Notes: generated from the letters alone by a model not told the origin. Positions 17,850-27,283 are shown, counted from the first letter of the stretch. The stretch is 64,000 bases of DNA from Myxococcota bacterium (GCA_036149055.1 JAYZQJ010000004.1:1-64000); one strand, 5' to 3'. Program-made: numbers and translations.

Positions 17850-19250
17850 ATGACCCCCGTCACCCGCCGCCTCCTCCCCGTCGTGGTCCTGCTCTCCGGC
17901 TGCATGGCCGCGCCGCCCGAGGGGAACCTCGACGAGCAGACGTCCAACCTGAGCGCGCGCGAGCGCCGGGAGCGGGCCGGTCGGATCCGCGACATCGCCG
18001 CCGAGTACGGCATCCGCGAGGGCAGCTGGCTCGTGGCCGGGGTGGGCGACGCCGAGACCTACCTGACCCAGTGCGAGCACAACCTCACCTGGGCGTGCCA
18101 GGGCCCGGTGTCCTCGGACTGCGGCGGACGCCCGGTGGTGGCCGGCTCGGGGGACGGCCCGTGTCACCGTCAGCAGGGCGGCATCGGCATCTTCCAGCTC
18201 GACGCCGGCACCTATGCCCAGACGCTGCGCCGCGAGGGGAACCGCATCCTGAGCATCGACGGCAACATCCGCGCGGGCATCGAGTTCATCCTCGACATGG
18301 TCGAGCGCTCCGCCTACATCGGCGGCGTCTCCACCCGGGCCGAGGCGGCCGCCTGGATGAACGGCGTGACCGTCAGCAACTCGCGCTTCCCCATCTGGGT
18401 CAAGACGGTCACCCACTACTACAACGGCTGCCGGCCGGGGTACTCCTGCTACAACGAGCGCTTCGCCCGCTACCGCCGCTTCGCGCGCGACATCCGAAGC
18501 GAGTTCGGCTCCACCTTCTGGAGCTCCAGCACCGGCGGCGGCGACTGGATCGGCAGCGCCTGCGACCCCTCCGCCGCGGGGGAGTGCGAGCTCGGTCTGT
18601 CGGGCGACCGCTGCCTGAGCGCGGGCGGCGCCGGCGTCTGCGTCTCGTCGTGTGAGGGCTTCTGCCCGGACCGCGCCGGCTTCGCGACCACCTTCTGCGT
18701 CTCCCTCGACGGCGGCTCCACCGGGACCTGCCTGCCGACCGCGGCCGGCGGCTGCCCGACCGGCACCGAGGCCCGCGAGATGAGCCGCCACGTCGGCTCG
18801 AGCGGCGCGGCGATGAGCTCCAACACCGTCTGCGTGCCCACGGGGACCGACCCGACGCCCCGCGGCCTCTGCGCCGACACCTGCGCCAGCGCGGGCAACG
18901 GCACCTGCGAGGACGGCGGCGCGGACTCGGTGTTCTCGGACTGCGCGTTCGGCACCGACTGCGGCGACTGCGGGGTGCGCGACCCGGGCGACACCCCGAT
19001 GGCCTGCCTCGCGACCCGCGAGAGCTGCGGCGCCGGCGGCACCTGCTGCGGGGACCTGTCCTGCCGCGACGGCGTGACCTTCGAGGACCAGTGCTGCGTG
19101 GAGGCGGGCGGGGCCTGCGGATCCGGCAGCGAGTGCTGCGGCGCGATGGCCTGCGTCGCCGGCATGTGCGCCTGCCACAGCGCGGGCCGCAACTGCGTGG
19201 CCGACGCGGACTGCTGCTCGGGGAGCTGCAGCGCGGGTCGCTGCCGCTGA
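17850..19250 (+). CDS. Lipoprotein with putative lysozyme-like N-terminal domain and Cys-rich C-terminal modules
   Basis: LSGC lipobox; AET...GIGIFQLD...YN spacing; many Cys in the C-terminal half. Confidence 0.65.
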   Translation: MTPVTRRLLPVVVLLSGCMAAPPEGNLDEQTSNLSARERRERAGRIRDIAAEYGIREGSWLVAGVGDAETYLTQCEHNLTWACQGPVSSDCGGRPVVAGSGDGPCHRQQGGIGIFQLDAGTYAQTLRREGNRILSIDGNIRAGIEFILDMVERSAYIGGVSTRAEAAAWMNGVTVSNSRFPIWVKTVTHYYNGCRPGYSCYNERFARYRRFARDIRSEFGSTFWSSSTGGGDWIGSACDPSAAGECELGLSGDRCLSAGGAGVCVSSCEGFCPDRAGFATTFCVSLDGGSTGTCLPTAAGGCPTGTEAREMSRHVGSSGAAMSSNTVCVPTGTDPTPRGLCADTCASAGNGTCEDGGADSVFSDCAFGTDCGDCGVRDPGDTPMACLATRESCGAGGTCCGDLSCRDGVTFEDQCCVEAGGACGSGSECCGAMACVAGMCACHSAGRNCVADADCCSGSCSAGRCR

Positions 19251-19579
19251 TGCTCTACAAGATCATGCCCCGCGCGCTCTGGGAGAGCCGCGTGGGCGCG
19301 ATGCCCTGGGCGCCGGTGGACCGGGCGGACGGCTTCGTGCACCTCAGCGACGCCGACCAGGTCCGCGAGACCGCGGCCAAGCACTTCGCGGGGCAGACGG
19401 GGCTCCTGCTGCTCGACGTGGACCCCGCGAAGCTCGCGCCCGAGACCTTGAAGTGGGAGCCCTCGCGCGGCGGCGCGCTCTTCCCGCACGTCTACGGGGA
19501 CGTGCCGGTCGAGGCCGTCGCCCGCATCCGCCCCCTGCCGTGGATTGAGGCCGGCTTCGTCTTCCCCGAGCCGCTATGA
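19250..19579 (+). CDS. DUF952 family protein
   Basis: LYKI, D..DGFVHLS..Q, LKWE.SRGG.LFPHVYG. Confidence 0.88.
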   Translation: MLYKIMPRALWESRVGAMPWAPVDRADGFVHLSDADQVRETAAKHFAGQTGLLLLDVDPAKLAPETLKWEPSRGGALFPHVYGDVPVEAVARIRPLPWIEAGFVFPEPL

Positions 19580-20344
19580 GTCGCGGGCCGCGGAGGCCTC
19601 GTCGACGAGCCCCTGCACCCTCTGCCGGAGCGCCTCGGTGTCGTCCGGGGTGCGGGGCACGTCCATCGGCTCGCCGACCGCGGCCCAGATCGGGGTGCGG
19701 CGGCGCCGGGCCATGCGGCCGAAGTGGTCGCCGAAGCTCTCCTCGTAGAACTCGTCGCCCGGGCGGTAGGCGAGCCCGAGCGGCAGCACCCGCACCAGGT
19801 CCAGCCCGCGGGCGGCGGCGAACGCGCCCCGGAGGAAGGGCCGGACCTCGTCGCCCGGGTAGGTCGTGCCCTCGGGGAAGACGATCAGGTTCCGCCCCTC
19901 GACCAGCGCGCGCCGCATCGAGCGGATGGCCCGGGCGCCGCTGCGGCGGTCGTCGCGGTCGACGAAGATCGTGTCGGTGGCCACCGCCGCGGTCCCGACC
20001 ACGGGGATCTCGCGTACCCCGTGGTGGCTGAGCACCACGCCGCCGACCAGGTGGATCGCGACCAGGATGTCGAGGGGCGAGCGGTGGTTGGCCACCACCA
20101 GGAACGGGCCGACGCCGCCCTCCGGGACCTCGCCCGAGACGAGGTTCAGATCGAGCCCGAAGAGCGGGAAGACGCCGTGGCTCCACGCGTCGATGAAGCG
20201 CTGCTTGCCCCACGGGGTCGCGAGGTCGGAGTCGAAGAGGCTCAGCGCTTTGTGGCCGTAGACGACGGCGCTGGTCCAGGTGGCGAAGCCGAGGGCGCGG
20301 CTCGCGAGGCGCACGGGTCCGAGCGGGTCCATCGCCGCGCTCAT
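19574..20344 (-). CDS. Lysophospholipid (1-acyl-sn-glycerol-3-phosphate) acyltransferase family
   Basis: NHRSPLD, FVDR, FPEGT motifs. Confidence 0.88.
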   Translation of the reverse strand: MSAAMDPLGPVRLASRALGFATWTSAVVYGHKALSLFDSDLATPWGKQRFIDAWSHGVFPLFGLDLNLVSGEVPEGGVGPFLVVANHRSPLDILVAIHLVGGVVLSHHGVREIPVVGTAAVATDTIFVDRDDRRSGARAIRSMRRALVEGRNLIVFPEGTTYPGDEVRPFLRGAFAAARGLDLVRVLPLGLAYRPGDEFYEESFGDHFGRMARRRRTPIWAAVGEPMDVPRTPDDTEALRQRVQGLVDEASAARDS

Positions 20345-20386
20345 AGCACGGGTGACAAGCCTCGGACCGAGGTCGTAAGATGGGGT

Positions 20387-20953
20387 GTGACCAGCCAGCT
20401 CGCGCCCGGCCTGCTGGTGGCGGCCCCCGGCATGGGCTGCCCCTTCTTCGATCACACCGTGGTCCTCCTGGTGGAGCACGGTGAGGAGGGGGCGCTCGGC
20501 TTCGTGATCAACCGGCCGACCGAGCAGCCCGTCACCTCGCTGATGGAGGGCCTCGAGATCGACGACCTGGCCGAGGAGATCGACGGCGAGGTCTGGATCG
20601 GCGGCCCGGTCGCGCCCGACACCGGCTGGGTCCTCTTCGACCCGACGAGCGGCGACACCGAGGACGTCGACGCGCTCCGCATCGAGCCGCGGGTGGCGGT
20701 CAGCGCCTCGCGCCTCTTCCTGGAGCAGATCGCCGAGGGCGGCGGCCCGGAGCGCTACGCGGTGCTCCTCGGCTACGCCGGCTGGGGCCCCGACCAGCTC
20801 GACGACGAGCTGCGCGAGGGCGCGTGGATCCCGATCGACGTCGACCCGAAGATCATCTTCGACCTGCCGCCCGAGCAGCGCTGGACCGCCGCGCTCGCGA
20901 CCCTCGGCATCGACCCGGCGCGCTTCGGCCGCCTGGGTGTCGCCGAGGCCTGA
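20387..20953 (+). CDS. YqgE/AlgH family protein
   Basis: LLVA.P, GALGFVINRP, GGPV, GYAGWG..QL..EL..GAW. Confidence 0.9.
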   Translation: MTSQLAPGLLVAAPGMGCPFFDHTVVLLVEHGEEGALGFVINRPTEQPVTSLMEGLEIDDLAEEIDGEVWIGGPVAPDTGWVLFDPTSGDTEDVDALRIEPRVAVSASRLFLEQIAEGGGPERYAVLLGYAGWGPDQLDDELREGAWIPIDVDPKIIFDLPPEQRWTAALATLGIDPARFGRLGVAEA

Positions 20954-20971
20954 TGTGCTAGGAGCCCGGGC

Positions 20972-21442
20972 GTGAGCGAAGGCAAGACCGCGCGCGCGTC
21001 CTACACCGAGATGACGGAGCTGGTGCTCCCCCAGCACGGGAACGTGCTCGGATCCGCGTTCGGCGGGACCGTGCTGGCGTGGATCGACGTCTGCGGCGCG
21101 ATCGCGGCCCAGCGTCACTGCCACCGGGTCGCGGTCACCGCGGCGATCGACGAGGTGAACTTCCTCGCGCCGATCACGGTCGGCGACGTCGTCGTGCTCT
21201 CCGCCCGCGTCAACGCGGCCTTCCGCACCTCGATGGAGGTCGAGGTGGAGGTGAAGGTCGAGGACGCGAGGACCGGCCACCGTCGCCGCTGCGTCGACGC
21301 CTTCATGACCTTCGTCGCGGTCGGCGAGGATCGGAAGCCCTGCGCGGTGCCCCCGCTCATCGCCGAGAGCGCCGACGACGAGCGCCGCCGCGCCGAGGCC
21401 GAGGCCCGGCGCGCCGAGCGGCTCGCCAAGCGGCGAAACTGA
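20972..21442 (+). CDS. Acyl-CoA thioesterase (hotdog fold)
   Basis: N..G..FGG..L.WID, VTA.ID.V.F..PI.VGD, RTSMEV, TFVA. Confidence 0.9.
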   Translation: MSEGKTARASYTEMTELVLPQHGNVLGSAFGGTVLAWIDVCGAIAAQRHCHRVAVTAAIDEVNFLAPITVGDVVVLSARVNAAFRTSMEVEVEVKVEDARTGHRRRCVDAFMTFVAVGEDRKPCAVPPLIAESADDERRRAEAEARRAERLAKRRN

Positions 21443-21499
21443 GGAGCGGCGAAATTGAGGAGCGGCGAAACTGAGGAGCGGCGAAACTGAGCAGCGGCG
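21429..21499 (+). repeat. 16-bp tandem repeat, about 4.4 copies
   Basis: AGCGGCGAAA(C/T)TGAG(G/C) at 21429, 21445, 21461 and 21477, plus a partial copy. Confidence 0.95.
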
Positions 21500-21514
21500 C
21501 GGCCAGCGCGCGTC

Positions 21515-21919
21515 TCAGCCGCCGTGGTAGTGCTCGAGCACGACCTGGCCGGTGGGGTAGCTCGAGCCGCGCGGCTCGGGGGTGACCATCAGGCGGAAGC
21601 GGTCATGGGGCGTGATCGTGGTCAGGCGGCCGCGGCGGTCGCCGGCGTCGTACTGGAGCCGTCCGGCGAGCACCGGGGTCCCGCCCGCGGGCGCGATCCA
21701 CACGTGGTAGGTCTCGAAGCTCGCGCCGAGGCGGTTGGGCGGCGGGAGGTGCCGCACGTCGAGCTCGATGCGCCGGTTATCTCCGGCGACGCTCGCGACC
21801 TCGAGCTCGGCGTCGGTCCCGATCGCGGGGCCCTGCCCCTGGAGCTGGTAGGCGGAGCCGCCGCAGCCCGCGAGGGCGAGCAGCGCCGCGGCGATCATGG
21901 CGTGTCGAATCATCTGCAT
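21515..21919 (-). CDS. Lipoprotein, hypothetical
   Basis: LAGC lipobox; HLPPP..L....Y.VW, resembling anti-sigma-K C-terminal-like domains. Confidence 0.65.
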   Translation of the reverse strand: MQMIRHAMIAAALLALAGCGGSAYQLQGQGPAIGTDAELEVASVAGDNRRIELDVRHLPPPNRLGASFETYHVWIAPAGGTPVLAGRLQYDAGDRRGRLTTITPHDRFRLMVTPEPRGSSYPTGQVVLEHYHGG

Positions 21920-21932
21920 GGTCGTTCGCAGC

Positions 21933-21947
21933 GCAAGGCCCGTACCG
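21933..21947 (-). promoter_or_regulatory. Putative sigma54 promoter
   Basis: CGGTACGGGCCTTGC (GG-N10-GC) ending 14 nt before the ATG. Confidence 0.5.
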
Positions 21948-22038
21948 ACGCGGCGAGCGCGGGCCCGACGGGCCGAAGATCGGGGCAGCGCGTCACGGGC
22001 GCGCGCGTCCGTCCCGCCTCGTGGTAGACGGAGCACCG

Positions 22039-23145
22039 ATGGCGGACGACGGCAGAGAGGGGCGCGGCGGGCGCTGGGGGCTCTTCGTCCTCGCCTTCTT
22101 CGTCGGCCTCCCGCTGCTCGCCCTGTGCGGGCTGACCATCCTCGGGCCGCCCTCGCCGGAGACGATGGTCTTCACCCTCGCGGTCACCGCGATGGTGGTC
22201 GGCGGGTTGATGGCGCCCTGGTCGCCCCGGCTCGCCTGGGGGGCGCGGCTCGGCTTCGTCGTGCTCTTCCTGGTGGTCGTCTACCGGGTGTTCGCGGCCG
22301 ACGCGGGCCGCACCGTGCGCGCCCACACCGGGCCGGCGATGACCGGGGGCCGCCTCCTCGACCGCATCGTGCCGGAGCGCGACGTGGCCATCGGGGGCAC
22401 GCTCCTGCTCACCGCGCTCGGGGAGATGGGGCCGCGCGAGCCCGGCCTGCTCGACGCGCTCCGCGACGGCTACGGCCGCATGCGCCGCGATCAGGGCCCG
22501 GTGCCGTCCTCCACCGTCTCGACCTTCGTGCTCGGCCAGACCCCCGAGGACCACACCGTCTTCCGCATCGCGCCCGCCGATCGCTTCAACCCGCCCGAGG
22601 CGGTCGTCGTCTTCCTGCATGGGTCCGTGGGCAACATCACCATCGCCTGCTGGCAGGTGGCCCAGGCCGCCAACCCGGTCGGCGTCGACGTGGTGTGCCC
22701 CTCGATGAACTGGACGGCCCACTGGGAGGAGCCCGACGGCCTCGCGATCCTGAACGCGACGCTCGCGCGGCTCCGGGCGGAGAACGTGCGGCGCATCTAC
22801 CTCGCCGGCCTGAGCCAGGGCGCGATCGGGATCTCGCGCATGCGCTCGGTCGACGTGGACGGCGTGGTGCTCATCAGCGGGGTCTCGGCCCGCGCGGTGC
22901 CCAAGCGCGTCCCCACGCTGGTCCTGCACGGGCGGACCGATCCGCGCACCCCCGTCGCTCCCGCGCGCCGCTACGCCCGCGCGGTGCGCGCCACCTATCA
23001 CGAGCACCCGGAGGCGGGGCACTGGCTGCTCTTGAGCGAGCACGCCTGGCTCACCGATCACCTCCGCCGCTGGCTGGCGGCGCGCGAGGGCCTCGGCGCG
23101 GTGCACGGCGAGGAGGCTGCGGAGCCCGCGTCGGGGGATAGGTAG
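22039..23145 (+). CDS. Membrane-anchored alpha/beta hydrolase
   Basis: N-terminal TMs; FLHG, GLSQG nucleophile elbow, HG.TD, GH. Confidence 0.8.
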   Translation: MADDGREGRGGRWGLFVLAFFVGLPLLALCGLTILGPPSPETMVFTLAVTAMVVGGLMAPWSPRLAWGARLGFVVLFLVVVYRVFAADAGRTVRAHTGPAMTGGRLLDRIVPERDVAIGGTLLLTALGEMGPREPGLLDALRDGYGRMRRDQGPVPSSTVSTFVLGQTPEDHTVFRIAPADRFNPPEAVVVFLHGSVGNITIACWQVAQAANPVGVDVVCPSMNWTAHWEEPDGLAILNATLARLRAENVRRIYLAGLSQGAIGISRMRSVDVDGVVLISGVSARAVPKRVPTLVLHGRTDPRTPVAPARRYARAVRATYHEHPEAGHWLLLSEHAWLTDHLRRWLAAREGLGAVHGEEAAEPASGDR

Positions 23146-23151
23146 GCGCGC

Positions 23152-23454
23152 ATGGGCTGCGCCATCGGATGCCTCGCGCTCGCGTTCCCCCGGCTCGCGC
23201 TCGCGCTCGTCTGGCTCTTCGGGCCGGTCGGATATCTCTCTCGCCCGTTCCCCGGCCTCGTCTGGGCGATCCTCGGCTTCCTCTTCCTGCCGCTGACCAC
23301 GCTCGCCTTCGCGTTCGCGAGCAACTCGATCGGCCCGATGAACGACGTCACGCCGTTCGGCTGGTTGCTGGTGATCCTCGCGCTCCTCGTCGACCTCGGG
23401 CTCCTCGGCGGCGGCGGCCGCGCGGCCCGTCGCCGGCGCGACGAAGAGACCTGA
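23152..23454 (+). CDS. Small membrane protein
   Basis: PRL, LGF.FLP.TTLA, three hydrophobic helices. Confidence 0.7.
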   Translation: MGCAIGCLALAFPRLALALVWLFGPVGYLSRPFPGLVWAILGFLFLPLTTLAFAFASNSIGPMNDVTPFGWLLVILALLVDLGLLGGGGRAARRRRDEET

Positions 23455-23528
23455 GCGTGCGTGTGCGCGCACGTGCGCGCACGCGGTCTCTCCGGGGCCG
23501 ATCCAGGTCTCCGCGCCGCCGCGCATGA

Positions 23529-23543
23529 CGGCACACGCCTTGC
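23529..23543 (+). promoter_or_regulatory. Putative sigma54 promoter
   Basis: CGGCACACGCCTTGC upstream of the protease gene. Confidence 0.6.
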
Positions 23544-23585
23544 CCCAGGGCGCCTCGCCGCGTGTGGCGGCGAAAGGAGACCTGC

Positions 23586-25229
23586 ATGAGAGAGATGAGG
23601 ATCGGCCTGTGCGCGGTGACGATGGTGGTCACCGGCTGCGTGAGCCCGACGGGCGCGCCGGGGGCGGACGACGTCGCCGCGAGCGAGGAGGAGATCATCT
23701 TCGACGCGGAGGACTGGAACGACATCACCGCCTTCGAGACCAGCCCCACCTATCAGATCGGCGCCCTCTACGGCCGGGCCACCGCGGGGCTGTTCAACCG
23801 CTCCCAGGTCAGTGAGGACGACGAGCCGTTCTGCTCGGGCTTCCTGATCGACGACGAGATCCTGGTGACCGCGCATCACTGCCGCCGGGGCAGCTTCTCG
23901 TCGCCGCAGCCCATCGTGGCCCAGTTCGGCGAGTTCGACCTCGGCCTGCTCGACGCGCGCGAGCGCATGCGGTCCCTCGGCTTCCCGGTGCCGCAGGCGC
24001 AGAACATGGCCTTCGACGGCAGCGCGCGGGAGTGGACCTGCGACTTCATCGCCAGCGACTACCCGACCTACCGGCGCGACATCGACTACTACCGCTGCCG
24101 GCCGAACCGGGTGACGCCCTGGGCGCCCGCGGGCGCGCCGATCGTCGATCTGCTGCCCGGCCACGTCTGGGGCCACATGAACGTGACCACGCGGCGCGCG
24201 AACGTCGACGACCGCATCTACGTGCTCAGCGTCAACGATCCGAGCTGGCAGATCGGAGACGACGACGTCCTGCTCTCGCCCTCCGGGTCGATCTGGGACG
24301 ACTGGGACGACCTGCCGGTGAGCGACGACGGGTTCGACTACAACGGCGGCTTCGAGTGGGGCGACTCCGACACCCTCTGCGGATCGTCGGGCGGCCCGGT
24401 GCTCTACCGCAACGGCTCCTACGGTCACCAGGTGCTCGGCGTCGTGCACGGCCAGTACGATCAGTGGGGCGGAGACAGCTGCCGGCGCACCCGGGTGAGC
24501 GAGGACAGCTGGTCGCTCAACTTCTACTCGAACACCGGCACCTACCTCATGGGGCAGGCCCGGACGATGTCGTCGACCGCGCCGCTGACCGAGACGATGA
24601 GCGTGCGTTGGCACTACGACACCACCGCGCTCGGCGGCACCGGCGGGTCCGAGCACGTCGCGCAGTGCCCGTCCGGGTTCGCGGTGGCCGGCTTCGTGGG
24701 CGAGACCATCGACGGAGGCAGCCGCGACGGCGTGGTCGGCAACCTCGGCGTCGTCTGCCTGCCCTTCCGCAACCGGCACACCACCGTCAACGGCGTGATC
24801 CCGTGGGAGCTCGACCGGGCGGTCGTCCTCTCCGCCGGCTCGGTCAACACGCCGCGGATCGGCTCGGGCGGCGAGGACTTCAACACCTACCACCACGAGC
24901 GCCTGGTCCCGAACAGCACCTACGGGCTGCCCAACGGGGAGCAGACGCTGATGATCTGCCCGCCGGGCACCTACGTGACGGGCGTGGAGGTCCGCGCCGA
25001 CTCGATGATCAACATGGTCCGGCGCCTCGAGTGCGGCTCGGTCAGCCGCAACGGCGCCGGCTACGACGTGAACGGCATCGGCTGGCAGACCGGGCACCGC
25101 ACCATCGGGGAGCGGAACTACGGCTCGACCCAGACCAGCGAGTGCGGCAGCCGCGCGATCTTCTCGGGCGTGCGCTTCCGGGCCGGCTGGTACACCGATC
25201 GGCTCCAGCCGCGCTGCGCGCAGCTCTGA
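23586..25229 (+). CDS. Trypsin-like serine protease lipoprotein with C-terminal beta-prism/lectin-like repeats
   Basis: VTGC lipobox; CSGFLI..VTAHHC; GSSGGPV; repeats GG.GG...CP.G..V.G; RBS AAAGGAGA. Confidence 0.8.
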   Translation: MREMRIGLCAVTMVVTGCVSPTGAPGADDVAASEEEIIFDAEDWNDITAFETSPTYQIGALYGRATAGLFNRSQVSEDDEPFCSGFLIDDEILVTAHHCRRGSFSSPQPIVAQFGEFDLGLLDARERMRSLGFPVPQAQNMAFDGSAREWTCDFIASDYPTYRRDIDYYRCRPNRVTPWAPAGAPIVDLLPGHVWGHMNVTTRRANVDDRIYVLSVNDPSWQIGDDDVLLSPSGSIWDDWDDLPVSDDGFDYNGGFEWGDSDTLCGSSGGPVLYRNGSYGHQVLGVVHGQYDQWGGDSCRRTRVSEDSWSLNFYSNTGTYLMGQARTMSSTAPLTETMSVRWHYDTTALGGTGGSEHVAQCPSGFAVAGFVGETIDGGSRDGVVGNLGVVCLPFRNRHTTVNGVIPWELDRAVVLSAGSVNTPRIGSGGEDFNTYHHERLVPNSTYGLPNGEQTLMICPPGTYVTGVEVRADSMINMVRRLECGSVSRNGAGYDVNGIGWQTGHRTIGERNYGSTQTSECGSRAIFSGVRFRAGWYTDRLQPRCAQL

Positions 25230-25245
25230 CGGGGCGGTGACCGGA

Positions 25246-25280
25246 GGCCGTGTCCCAAGGGACGTCCCAGGGACACGGCC
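25246..25280. promoter_or_regulatory. Nested inverted repeat (terminator or activator binding site)
   Basis: GGCCGTGTCCC-AA-GGGACGTCCC-A-GGGACACGGCC. Confidence 0.55.
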
Positions 25281-25325
25281 CGTCTCGCGTACGCGCTCGT
25301 CCGCGGGTTCGCCGATGGCGCGCGG

Positions 25326-25340
25326 TGGCACGCGCCTTGA
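25326..25340 (+). promoter_or_regulatory. Putative sigma54 promoter
   Basis: TGGCACGCGCCTTGA (-12 is GA rather than GC), 14 nt before the ATG. Confidence 0.5.
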
Positions 25341-25353
25341 GGAGGGGCCGGGC

Positions 25354-25923
25354 ATGCGAACCGCGCTCGTCCTCTTCGTCTTCGCCCTCGCTCCCGCTGG
25401 CGCCGCCGCGCAAGTCACCGCCGGGGCGCCGGTCGCGCAGGTGCCGGTCCAGGTGCGCTCCGCCTCCGAGGGAGTGACGCTCCACCACGTGCTCGTCGAA
25501 GGCCGACGGAGCCGCTGGACGGGGCGCTACGCCGACGCCTCGCGCCCGGTCTGCACCGCGCCGTGCGAGATGCTGATGCCGGTCGGCACCTACCGCTTCG
25601 CCCTCTCGGACGGCGGCGACCCGCGTCGGGTCGAGCGGCTGGTGGATCTGCGCGCGCCCTCGCTGCTGTCGCTGGAGTACGAGAACCGCGACGGGCTCCG
25701 CACGACCGGCTGGGCCATCTTCGGCGGCGGCGCGCTGATCGGCGCGATCACCGCCCTCGTCGGGGCGCTGTTGGTGCTCGAGCCCGACCAGGAGGACCTC
25801 GGCTACGGGCTGATGATCGGCGGGCTCTCGGCCATCGCGGTGGGCGGCCTGATCAGCATCCCCTTCGTCGGCTTCCAGGACCACGCCGAGATCGGGGTGG
25901 GGCCCCTTCAGCCGATGCCGTAG
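25354..25923 (+). CDS. Exported protein with CTAPC motif and C-terminal TM hairpin
   Basis: Signal peptide; resembles 63097-63702. Confidence 0.7.
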   Translation: MRTALVLFVFALAPAGAAAQVTAGAPVAQVPVQVRSASEGVTLHHVLVEGRRSRWTGRYADASRPVCTAPCEMLMPVGTYRFALSDGGDPRRVERLVDLRAPSLLSLEYENRDGLRTTGWAIFGGGALIGAITALVGALLVLEPDQEDLGYGLMIGGLSAIAVGGLISIPFVGFQDHAEIGVGPLQPMP

Positions 25924-27218
25924 GCCTTCATCCAGCGGTAGATCTGCTTGCGGTCTCGCTGGAAGTGCTTCGCCGTCGCTCGCACGGAGCCCCCCGTCTC
26001 CTCGAGCACGCGCCGGAGCTCCTCCGCGGACGGCTTCCCCGGACGCCCCTCGGGCGTCGACGCCTCGCCCGGCGCTTCCCCCGGACGGGCGGGCGCGAGC
26101 GCCCCGAGGGCGTCCGGGGTCACCGTCGCGCCGGGCCCGAGGTGGGTGCGGAGCTGATAGACCGCGCGGTCGAGGCCGCGGAGGTTGTCGGGCCAGTCGG
26201 CGAGCATCGCCCGCTCCATCGCCTCGGGCGCCCACGCGAGCGGCGCGCCGCCCTCGCGCTCCCGCCACCGCGCGTCGAAGCGTCCGAGCCAGCCGGGCAC
26301 GTCGCCCCGTCGCTCGCGCAGGGCGGGCACCGTCAGCGTGCCGATCGACAGCCGCGCGTGCAGGTCTCGCCGGAAGCGCCCGTCTCGCACCCGCGCCTCG
26401 AGCGCCGGGTGGGTCGCCGCCACCACCCGCACGTCCACCCTCGTCGGGGCGCCGCCCAGCGGGGTGACCTCGCCGGTCTCGAGCACCCGGAGCAGCTTCG
26501 CCTGCACCTCCGGCGCGAGCTCGGCCACCTCGTCGAGGAAGAGCGTGCCCCCGTCGGCGCGCCGGAAGAGCCCGTCGTGGGCCGCGTCCGCCCCGGTGAA
26601 GGCGCCCCTCGCGTGGCCGAAGAGCTGACTGTCGGCGAGCTGGGGCGTCAGCCCCGCGCAGTTGAAGGCGACGAACGCGCCGCGCCCGCTCAGCCGGTGC
26701 GCCTCGGCCGCGATCCGCTCCTTGCCCGTCCCGGTCGCGCCCAGCAGGAGCAGGTGCGCCGCGCCCGGAGCCATGCGCCCGAGCAGCCTCCGGAGCGCGA
26801 CCACGCTCGGCGCGTCGCCCGGGATCGCGGCCCGATCGACCGCGTCGTCGTCCTCCTCGACCCGCTCGATCACCGCGCAGACGTCGCCCAGCCGCAGCAC
26901 CGCGCCGTCGCCCGCGAAGCGCGGCGCGTCGAGGGGCTCGCCCATCAGCCAGGTGCCGTTGTGGCTCCCCTCGTCGCGCGCCTCCAGCACGAGCCCGGCC
27001 TTCCGGATCCCGAGATGTCTGCGCGAGACGGTGCCGTGCGGGATCGCCTCGCCGCGCCCCAGCACCTGCCAGCCCTTGCCCGGCTCGAGGGGAACCGCCC
27101 CCTGCACCGGGTGGGTCAGCCGGAGCCGGAAGCGAAGCGGCGGGACCTCGTCTCGGCCCGCGCCGGCCGAGGTCACCGTCCTGTCGAGCGGGTCGCCCAC
27201 GCCCCGAGGGTCGCGCAT
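25908..27218 (-). CDS. FHA-domain sigma54-dependent (NtrC/Fis-type) transcriptional activator
   Basis: FHA motifs GR, VSRRH, S.NGT; G.TGTGKE; GAFTGA; FLDEV; WPDNLR; C-terminal HTH. Confidence 0.92.
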   Translation of the reverse strand: MRDPRGVGDPLDRTVTSAGAGRDEVPPLRFRLRLTHPVQGAVPLEPGKGWQVLGRGEAIPHGTVSRRHLGIRKAGLVLEARDEGSHNGTWLMGEPLDAPRFAGDGAVLRLGDVCAVIERVEEDDDAVDRAAIPGDAPSVVALRRLLGRMAPGAAHLLLLGATGTGKERIAAEAHRLSGRGAFVAFNCAGLTPQLADSQLFGHARGAFTGADAAHDGLFRRADGGTLFLDEVAELAPEVQAKLLRVLETGEVTPLGGAPTRVDVRVVAATHPALEARVRDGRFRRDLHARLSIGTLTVPALRERRGDVPGWLGRFDARWREREGGAPLAWAPEAMERAMLADWPDNLRGLDRAVYQLRTHLGPGATVTPDALGALAPARPGEAPGEASTPEGRPGKPSAEELRRVLEETGGSVRATAKHFQRDRKQIYRWMKAYGIG

Positions 27219-27283
27219 CGGGCACGCGACGCAACTCGACGCGTCTTGGCGCCACCGCGGGCGCAGCTGGTAAGCTGAACGCG

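Noticed and set aside
21429..21499. Mini-CRISPR or iteron cluster
   Set aside because: No spacers and no rep gene; a simple tandem repeat.
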